A stretch of DNA of 64,000 nt. It comes from Hyphomicrobium sp. Its GTDB lineage: Bacteria > Pseudomonadota > Alphaproteobacteria > Rhizobiales > Hyphomicrobiaceae. Positions 57,737-64,000 of the stretch are shown here, one piece after another. The stretch's first letter is position 1. Each line of letters starts with the position of its first letter. The stretch covers positions 665 to 64,664 of the forward strand of contig JANNSR010000076.1 of assembly GCA_031402935.1 (NCBI GenBank). Direction: 5' to 3'. The notes beneath the pieces were generated by a model. That model worked only from the letters and a program-made list of their open reading frames with translations, ran no database searches and was not told the DNA's origin. The translations under genes were made by a program, and so were the position numbers.

Positions 57737-60646
57737 ATGAACAAGCACGTGAAGCCGATGAGCCTCATCAAAGAGACCGATTTCGGCACCCCGCATTCGA
57801 AGTCGACCATCTCGGTCACGCTCGAAATTGACGGCCAGGAGATCACGGTGCCCGAAGGCACCTCGATAATGAACGCGGCGATGCAGCTTGGCATCGAAAT
57901 TCCGAAGCTGTGCGCCACCGACAGCCTCGAAGCGTTTGGCTCCTGCCGCCTGTGCTTGTGTGAAGTCGAAGGCCGCCGCGGCACCCCGGCCTCATGCACC
58001 ACGCCGGTTGCGTCAGGCATCAAAGTCTCGACCCAGACCGAGCGCCTCGCCAAGCTCCGCAAGGGCGTTATGGAGCTTTACATTTCCGACCACCCGCTGG
58101 ACTGCCTGACCTGCGCCGCCAACGGCGATTGCGAACTCCAAGACATGGCCGGCGCGGTCGGCCTGCGCGACGTGCGCTATGGCTACGACGGCGAGAACCA
58201 CGTGTTCGCGAAGCACCACGACGGCACCATCAACGCGGCGTACAAGCCCAAGGACGAGTCGAACCCCTATTTCACCTTCGATCCGTCGAAGTGTATCGTC
58301 TGCTCGCGCTGCGTCCGCGCCTGTGAAGAAGTGCAAGGCACGTTCGCGCTCACGATCGACGGCCGCGGCTTCGCGTCCCACGTCTCGGCCAGCATGGATG
58401 AAAGTTTCTTAGCGTCGGAATGCGTCTCGTGCGGCGCCTGCGTGCAGGCCTGCCCGACGGCAACGCTGATTGAAAAATCCATCATCGACATGGGTCAGCC
58501 CGAGCACTCGGTCGTCACGACGTGCGCCTACTGCGGCGTTGGCTGCTCGTTCAAGGCCGAAATGCAGGGCGAGCAAGTCGTCCGCATGGTGCCCTACAAG
58601 GACGGCGGCGCCAACGAGGGCCACTCGTGCGTCAAGGGCCGCTTCGCCTTCGGCTACGCGACCCACAAGGAACGCGTCTTAACGCCGATGCTGCGCGAAA
58701 AAATCACCGATCCGTGGCAGGCCGTTTCGTGGGACGAAGCCATCAAGTTTGCCGCCGACAGGTTCAAGGCAACGCAGGCGAAGTACGGCAAGGGCTCGAT
58801 CGGCGGCATCACGTCATCGCGCACCACGAACGAAGAAGTCTACGTCGTCCAGCGCATGATCCGTGCCGCTTTCAATACCAACAACATCGATACCTGCGCC
58901 CGCGTCTGCCATTCGCCAACCGGCTATGGTTTAAAGCAGACCTTCGGTGAATCGGCCGGCACCCAAGATTTCAAGAGCGTCGATAAGGCCGACGTAATCC
59001 TGATCATCGGCGCCAACCCGACCGACGGCCACCCGGTGTTTGCCTCACGTATGAAGCGGCGCTTACGCGAAGGCGCGAAACTCATCGTCGTCGATCCGCG
59101 CCGCACCGACATCGTGCGCTCGCCGCACGTCGAAGCCGACTACCACTTGCCGTTGCAGCCTTCGACCAACGTCGCAATGATGAATGCCTTCGGTCATGTC
59201 ATTGCCACCGAAAACCTGATCGACCGCAAGTTCGTCAACCGCCGCTGTGAAAAGGGCGACTTCTTCCGCTGGGAAGAGTTCATCAAGCAGCCGCAGCATT
59301 CGCCTGAAGCGCTCGAGCCGATCACGGGCGTGCCGGCGAACCTCGTGCGCGAAGCAGCCAGGCTCTTCGCCACGGGCGGCAACGGTGCCATCTACTATGG
59401 CCTCGGCGTCACCGAACATAGCCAGGGTTCCACGATGGTCATGGCCATGGCCAACTTGGCAATGGCGACGGGCAACATCGGCCGCGAAGGCGTCGGCGTA
59501 AATCCGTTGCGCGGCCAGAACAACGTCCAGGGCGCCTGCGACATGGGCTCGTTCCCGCATGAACTTCCGGGCTACCGCCACGTTTCGAACAATGAAGCCC
59601 GCGCCGTGTTCGAAAAGGAATGGGGCGTCAAGCTCGATCACGAGCCGGGCCTGCGCATCCCCAATATGTTCGATGCAGCCGGCGACGGATCGTTCCGCGG
59701 CATATTCATTCAGGGCGAAGATATCGCTCAGTCCGATCCAAATACGAACCACGTCGAGCACGCGTTGACGTCGATGGATATCGTGGTCGTGCAGGACCTG
59801 TTCCTGAACGAGACGGCGGCCTTCGCGCACGTGTTCCTGCCGGGCACGTCGTTCCTCGAGAAGGACGGCACGTTCACCAACGCCGAGCGGCGCATCAATC
59901 GGGTGCGTAAAGTTATGCGCGAAAAGCAGGGTATGGCCGAGTGGGACGTCGTGTCCCGTTTGGCGACCGCCATGGGCTATCCGATGCACTACAATTCGGC
60001 GGCCGAAATCATGGACGAGATCGCCCGCGTGACGCCGACGTTCAAAGGCGTGTCATTCGATCGCATTGATGAATTGGGCTCGATCCAGTGGCCGTGTGAC
60101 GACGACCACCCAGAAGGCACGCCGACCATGCACGTCGAGGAATTCACGCGTGGCAAGGGCCGCTTCATGCTGACGGAATTCGTTGCAACGACCGAACGCA
60201 GCAACAGAAACTACCCGCTGATTCTGACCACGGGGCGCATCTTGGCGCACTACAACGTCGGCGCTCAGACGCGACGCACGGCGAACGTTGCCTGGCACCC
60301 GGAGGATATTCTCGACATCCACCCGCACGACGCCGAGGTTCGCGGCATCAAGGACGGACAGATGGTTTCGCTGTCGAGCCGGGTTGGCGCGACGAGCCTC
60401 AGGGCCAAAGTCTCCGACCGCATGCCGCCCGGCGTCGTCTACACAACGTTCCACCATCCCGTGACGGGCGCCAACGTCATCACGACAGAGAACTCGGACT
60501 GGGCCACGAACTGCCCAGAGTTTAAAGTGACGGCCGTGCAGGTGGCGATTTCCAACCGGCCATCGGAGTGGCAGGAGGAATGGGGAACGCGCGAAGTCGA
60601 GAACAAGCGCATTGGCACCGCGAAGCGGCTTGAACCGGCGGAATAA
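57737..60646 (+). CDS. fdsA: NAD-dependent formate dehydrogenase alpha subunit (Mo-bisPGD, Fe-S)
   Basis: An N-terminal 2Fe-2S domain and multiple 4Fe-4S motifs (CRLCLCEV, CIVCSRCVRAC, CVSCGACVQACP, CAYCGVGC) are followed by a molybdopterin oxidoreductase body. The frame contains no in-frame TGA. Confidence 0.9.
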   Translation: MNKHVKPMSLIKETDFGTPHSKSTISVTLEIDGQEITVPEGTSIMNAAMQLGIEIPKLCATDSLEAFGSCRLCLCEVEGRRGTPASCTTPVASGIKVSTQTERLAKLRKGVMELYISDHPLDCLTCAANGDCELQDMAGAVGLRDVRYGYDGENHVFAKHHDGTINAAYKPKDESNPYFTFDPSKCIVCSRCVRACEEVQGTFALTIDGRGFASHVSASMDESFLASECVSCGACVQACPTATLIEKSIIDMGQPEHSVVTTCAYCGVGCSFKAEMQGEQVVRMVPYKDGGANEGHSCVKGRFAFGYATHKERVLTPMLREKITDPWQAVSWDEAIKFAADRFKATQAKYGKGSIGGITSSRTTNEEVYVVQRMIRAAFNTNNIDTCARVCHSPTGYGLKQTFGESAGTQDFKSVDKADVILIIGANPTDGHPVFASRMKRRLREGAKLIVVDPRRTDIVRSPHVEADYHLPLQPSTNVAMMNAFGHVIATENLIDRKFVNRRCEKGDFFRWEEFIKQPQHSPEALEPITGVPANLVREAARLFATGGNGAIYYGLGVTEHSQGSTMVMAMANLAMATGNIGREGVGVNPLRGQNNVQGACDMGSFPHELPGYRHVSNNEARAVFEKEWGVKLDHEPGLRIPNMFDAAGDGSFRGIFIQGEDIAQSDPNTNHVEHALTSMDIVVVQDLFLNETAAFAHVFLPGTSFLEKDGTFTNAERRINRVRKVMREKQGMAEWDVVSRLATAMGYPMHYNSAAEIMDEIARVTPTFKGVSFDRIDELGSIQWPCDDDHPEGTPTMHVEEFTRGKGRFMLTEFVATTERSNRNYPLILTTGRILAHYNVGAQTRRTANVAWHPEDILDIHPHDAEVRGIKDGQMVSLSSRVGATSLRAKVSDRMPPGVVYTTFHHPVTGANVITTENSDWATNCPEFKVTAVQVAISNRPSEWQEEWGTREVENKRIGTAKRLEPAE

Positions 60647-60685
60647 CTGTCTCCGTCACAACGCTGACCGGAGCGGACAACGGCT

Positions 60686-61507
60686 ATGAATGTCATGCCC
60701 AAGGAGGCGCAACGAAACGGTCCTGGGCGGGTTCTGTGTTCCCGCTCGGCAACGGGTGAACTCCGCCGCCCGGATGGAACGACGGCTGATGTCGAATGGC
60801 AGCTGCCTGATGAAACGCCAATCGCCTTGCAGATCAATTCCGAGCCCTATGCCGTGATGATGGCAACGCCATCGGACCTGCGCGATTTCGCGACGGGCTT
60901 CATGATCGGCGAAGGCTTGATAGCGGATGCGCGTAAGATCCAAGGCATCCTTGTCATGCCAGTCGACAACGGCGTGGCTGTCGATGTTGCGATTACACCC
61001 GATGCCATTGATGCGTCCCGCCTCGTCCGCCGTCGTGTCGAGGGCCGCACAGGATGCGGGCTTTGCGGCGTTGAGGACATTGCAGCGGCGATACGGCCGC
61101 TGACGCCGGTTGCGCGCACATGGGCGCCAGCGACGTCGGCGATTCTGAAAGCTGCCGTGGCGCTTCCCGGCGCGCAGCCGATGAACGCACACAACCGCAC
61201 CGTCCATGGGGCTGCGTGGGTGTCTCGGGATGGCGATATTCGCCTCGCGCGCGAGGATGTCGGCCGCCACAACGCACTCGATAAGCTGATTGGGGCGCTG
61301 AGCCAGTCGGGCGAAGACTTGTCGCTGGGCTTTGTGCTGATGACCAGCCGCTGCAGCTTTGAACTGGTGCAGAAGTCAGTGACGGCGGGCATCGGTGCGC
61401 TCGTCACAGTCTCTGCGCCGACCGCGCTAGCCCTCGATCTTGCGCGCCAGTCAAACCTGTTTCTCGCCAGCCTCGGTGCTGGCGGGGTCGTCGTCTTTAA
61501 TCGATAA
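60686..61507 (+). CDS. fdhD: formate dehydrogenase accessory sulfurtransferase FdhD/FdsC
   Basis: GRTGCGLCG and EDVGRHNALDKLIG motifs are present. Confidence 0.85.
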   Translation: MNVMPKEAQRNGPGRVLCSRSATGELRRPDGTTADVEWQLPDETPIALQINSEPYAVMMATPSDLRDFATGFMIGEGLIADARKIQGILVMPVDNGVAVDVAITPDAIDASRLVRRRVEGRTGCGLCGVEDIAAAIRPLTPVARTWAPATSAILKAAVALPGAQPMNAHNRTVHGAAWVSRDGDIRLAREDVGRHNALDKLIGALSQSGEDLSLGFVLMTSRCSFELVQKSVTAGIGALVTVSAPTALALDLARQSNLFLASLGAGGVVVFNR

Positions 61508-61539
61508 CCGGCGCATCTGCGCTTCAAGAGTGTGATACA

Positions 61540-61908
61540 ATGAAAGCTTCCGACCTCGTCCGCATGGCAAACCAGATCGCGGACTACTTTGGCCCGTATC
61601 CTAAGGCGGAGGCCATCGACGGTATCGCCAAACACATCCATCTGTTCTGGGATCCGCGGATGCGCAACGAACTCAAGACCCATCTCGACAAGGGTGGCGA
61701 AGGCTTGTCAGCGCTCTTCATCGAGGCTGCACACGAGTATTACAAGGGACCGAAAACGCCGGCCAACAAACCGAATGTTGGCGAATTGAATGTCGGTGCG
61801 GCACCGGCTGGGTTGACGACGGCTGTAAAGTCGCCGGCCGAGGAGCAGACGACGGCGCATCGCATCCCCAACACCGGCGCGACCCCGAGTTCGACGCGCG
61901 GAACCTGA
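61540..61908 (+). CDS. fdsD: formate dehydrogenase delta subunit FdsD with extended C-terminal tail
   Basis: LVRMANQIADYF...IAKHIHLFWDPRMR is the FdsD signature. It is followed by a tail of about 50 aa rich in Pro, Thr and Ala. Confidence 0.7.
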   Translation: MKASDLVRMANQIADYFGPYPKAEAIDGIAKHIHLFWDPRMRNELKTHLDKGGEGLSALFIEAAHEYYKGPKTPANKPNVGELNVGAAPAGLTTAVKSPAEEQTTAHRIPNTGATPSSTRGT

Positions 61909-61945
61909 TGGCAGGGGCCGCGCTGGTCTAAAAGTCCGCCCGGCA

Positions 61946-62578
61946 CTATCGTTTCAAATCGGCCTGAGGTTTGGTGACGGGATTCGATTTTCCAGTTGGC
62001 TGCAGCGGCCGTGAAAGTGCCGGCGCTTGGACCTGCTGTTCCGTCTGCGAGAAATATACACTTATAGCGTACGGCTTCCAGCGCCGTTCGGCGAACTCGA
62101 ATGACAAATCAAAATTCACGCGAAGTGGCTGCGTCGGAAAAACGCCAGCGAGCCGCAACCGCCCTGCAGCGTCGAACGCCGGTACGTCGCTGACTTCCGG
62201 CGATATTTGCAGCAGTGGCATCAGATCAATGCCCTGATCGCGCAGAACTTGGAAGATCGATCCAAGCCGGCTCGCATCGTTAGCAGTGCGAAAGTTAGGA
62301 GCCGCGAGGTCGCGCAGGACGGTATAATTTCCGGTCTGGTTGGCTTGGTTCAGGGCAATAATGGTCGAGCGGATCAAACCCAGCATCGCTTCAGGGCTTG
62401 GCATATCAGGGCGCGGCTGGCCCGTCGCCTGCGTGAGAACAGCCGGCGCATTTTGCACCGGCTGTTTCTGTTGCAAACTCTGCGTCTGAATTTGGGACTG
62501 CGCCCACGCGGCGTGCGATGTCAGCGCGCTACACGCTGCGATCGCTACGATACGCTTTACGCCTAGCACTAACAGCAT
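61946..62578 (-). CDS. exported hypothetical protein, tightly linked downstream of the adhesin gene
   Basis: The signal peptide is MLLVLGVKRIVAIAACSALTSHAAWA if the start is ATG 62578, which is 7 bp after the adhesin stop. The ORF track extends to 62656, overlapping the adhesin. I recognise no family. Confidence 0.5.
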   Translation of the reverse strand: MLLVLGVKRIVAIAACSALTSHAAWAQSQIQTQSLQQKQPVQNAPAVLTQATGQPRPDMPSPEAMLGLIRSTIIALNQANQTGNYTVLRDLAAPNFRTANDASRLGSIFQVLRDQGIDLMPLLQISPEVSDVPAFDAAGRLRLAGVFPTQPLRVNFDLSFEFAERRWKPYAISVYFSQTEQQVQAPALSRPLQPTGKSNPVTKPQADLKR

Positions 62579-62585
62579 CCCCTGA

Positions 62586-64000
62586 TCACCATGCCGCTGT
62601 GATGCCGACACGGCCGCCGACTTCTTCGCCATCGCCAGCGAAGCCGATGCCGCCATTCACAACCCAATTGGCATCGAGGCGGACAGCAGCTTGTGCCGCG
62701 AAGGCCTGCTTATCGGCAAAAAAGCCGGCACTTGCAGAAACTGCGAAGGTCTTGTTGTCCGGCATGGTCAAACCACCCAACGCCATGGCGATGGCAACGC
62801 CGGCGGTTGTCTTGTCGATTTCTTTGAAAGCGCGGTTGAGATCGGAACCGAGACTCGCGATCTTCTGGTTCGTTGCAAAGAGCTGGCTACCGTTTACGGC
62901 GTCGGTTGATGTTGCCGTCAAAGCCGCAGGCGCAACGTTGATCAATTTACGCTCGGCACCAGGCGCACCAAACGATACCACATTCGATTGTCCGCCGTCG
63001 GTCGAGCCTGCACCGATTGCGACCGAATTGGCTCCAGTCGCCGCAGCGCTATCACCGAGAGCAACCGCCATTGTTCCGGATGCCTTGGCGCCATTACCCG
63101 AGGCGACAGCGCCAGTGCCGGAGGCCGTCGCGCCAAAGCCGGATGCGGTGCTGTTGGCGCCAGAGGCGACCGTGTTCTGGCCGAGAGCGGTCGCATCCGC
63201 CGCCGTTGCTTGCGCATTGTCGCCGAGTGCCGTTGTCGACGATGCCGTTGCCATTGCCCCGGAACCCAGGGCGATAGACTGGTCGCCGCTGGCGATCGCG
63301 CCATCACCCGACGCCGTCGCCGATATACCCGACGCGACCGCGCCATTGCCTGACGCCAGCGACTTGTCGCCAGACGCCGTCGCACCGAAGCCGGATGCCG
63401 TGCTGTTCGCACCCGAAGCCTTGGTGTTCTGGCCGAGAGCGGTCGAGTCTGCAGCTGTTGCTGCGGCCCCGTCACCCAGGGCCGTGCTAGACGTTGCCGT
63501 CGCCTGGGCGCCATTGCCGAGCGCTGTCGATTGCGCGCCGGATGCCGTGGCGTTTTTTCCAGCGGCAAACGAGTCCGTCCCCGAAGCAACCGCACCAGGT
63601 GACACCGCCGTCGAGTCGTCGCCAGTCGCCAGCGGATTCGGCAGTACCGATGTGTTGTTGTTGACCGCAATCGCAGCGCCCAGACTTTTGTTCAGAGCAC
63701 CAAGCGCGCTACCAACATCATTGTAGGCTGTCTTGCCGATGGTGTAGCTCGGCGCCGTCACCGTTCCATCGGGCGCGACGGCCGCGCCGCCGCCAAGAGC
63801 CGCAACAGTCCCAGTCCCCAGATTGTTGACCGCCGTTGCCGTCAGATAAAGTTGCGAGCCGTTGATCGCATCGGTCGATGTGGCGGAGATAACGCCCGCT
63901 GCGAGATTGTTGAGTTGCCGCTCGGCACCTGCCGCACCGACGGAGACAACCGATACCGGGCTCGTGCCCGCAGCAGTGCCGCCATTGAGTGTGAACGCGC
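62586..64000 (-). CDS. trimeric autotransporter adhesin (YadA-like), C-terminal part; 5' end beyond the window
   Basis: Repetitive SGxxSTASGxxATASG head and stalk motifs, neck-like AINGSQLY/AVNGSQLF and a C-terminal anchor (AGVAIAMALGG...GRVGITAAW) are present. The frame stays open upstream of the M at 63761 to the window edge. Confidence 0.8.
   Translation of the reverse strand, partial: AFTLNGGTAAGTSPVSVVSVGAAGAERQLNNLAAGVISATSTDAINGSQLYLTATAVNNLGTGTVAALGGGAAVAPDGTVTAPSYTIGKTAYNDVGSALGALNKSLGAAIAVNNNTSVLPNPLATGDDSTAVSPGAVASGTDSFAAGKNATASGAQSTALGNGAQATATSSTALGDGAAATAADSTALGQNTKASGANSTASGFGATASGDKSLASGNGAVASGISATASGDGAIASGDQSIALGSGAMATASSTTALGDNAQATAADATALGQNTVASGANSTASGFGATASGTGAVASGNGAKASGTMAVALGDSAAATGANSVAIGAGSTDGGQSNVVSFGAPGAERKLINVAPAALTATSTDAVNGSQLFATNQKIASLGSDLNRAFKEIDKTTAGVAIAMALGGLTMPDNKTFAVSASAGFFADKQAFAAQAAVRLDANWVVNGGIGFAGDGEEVGGRVGITAAW

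Noticed and set aside
57737-60646. Possible selenocysteine recoding in the formate dehydrogenase alpha subunit.
   Set aside because: The ORF is continuous with no in-frame TGA, so this is a Cys-type NAD-linked FdsA.
62518-63726. A 402-aa plus-strand ORF opposite the adhesin gene.
   Set aside because: It is antisense to a gene with clear YadA-type repeats and a membrane anchor. Its Ala/Pro-rich repetitive translation simply mirrors the adhesin repeats.
1-64000. A search for mobile elements, prophage remnants, toxin-antitoxin pairs and defence systems.
   Set aside because: I recognised no integrase, transposase, phage structural gene, restriction-modification, Cas, retron RT, TIR/SIR2/STING or short paired toxin-antitoxin ORFs on either strand. 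No tRNA or rRNA genes are evident either.

Overview
This window is a 64-kb chromosomal segment from a high-GC alphaproteobacterium. The PhyR-NepR-EcfG locus, the hisS-hisZ-hisG arrangement and the repeat types suggest Hyphomicrobiales/Rhizobiales, but that assignment is inference. Gene density is high and nearly everything is core metabolism or envelope biogenesis. In order along the window:
- a general stress response module (nepR-ecfG-phyR plus an HWE/PAS kinase) with two EcfG-type promoters
- an ABC-2 exporter, pyroglutamyl peptidase, a Tat-exported beta-helix protein and recQ
- a PilZ protein and hisG-hisZ-hisS
- a cupin plus FemAB-like GNAT pair
- cobS-cobT translationally coupled to glcDEF, with a divergent LysR regulator
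- gshA, rsmE and ubiA
- an LPS core block: DUF4170, an MsbA-like ABC exporter, a CX5R phosphatase, a DUF374-WaaA fusion and lpxK
- xseA, purD, a patatin-like lipase, an L,D-transpeptidase, an ABCB-type exporter and rpmE
- DUF1465 and DUF1192 proteins, a quinone oxidoreductase and a HAD hydrolase
- a signalling cluster: a degenerate EAL protein, a degenerate SDR-like protein, a REC-pseudokinase and a hybrid histidine kinase
- a LysR regulator plus the NAD-linked formate dehydrogenase operon fdsGBACD
- the 3' part of a trimeric autotransporter adhesin with a linked periplasmic protein

I see no rRNA or tRNA genes, CRISPR arrays, integrases, transposases or recognisable defence genes, and I cannot point to a clear-cut novel multi-gene system. 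The least ordinary elements are:
1. a roughly 250-nt ORF-free, terminator-bounded region with anti-Shine-Dalgarno hairpin loops, a candidate sRNA (44.4-44.6 kb)
2. the cluster of catalytically degenerate signalling proteins (46.9-54.5 kb)
3. a 5-copy 15-16 bp tandem repeat that fills a divergent promoter region (27.43-27.52 kb)
4. a small secreted protein with a symmetric six-cysteine pattern
5. the cupin/GNAT pair
6. the DUF374-WaaA fusion

All family assignments come from reading the translated ORFs against remembered family signatures. No searches were run.
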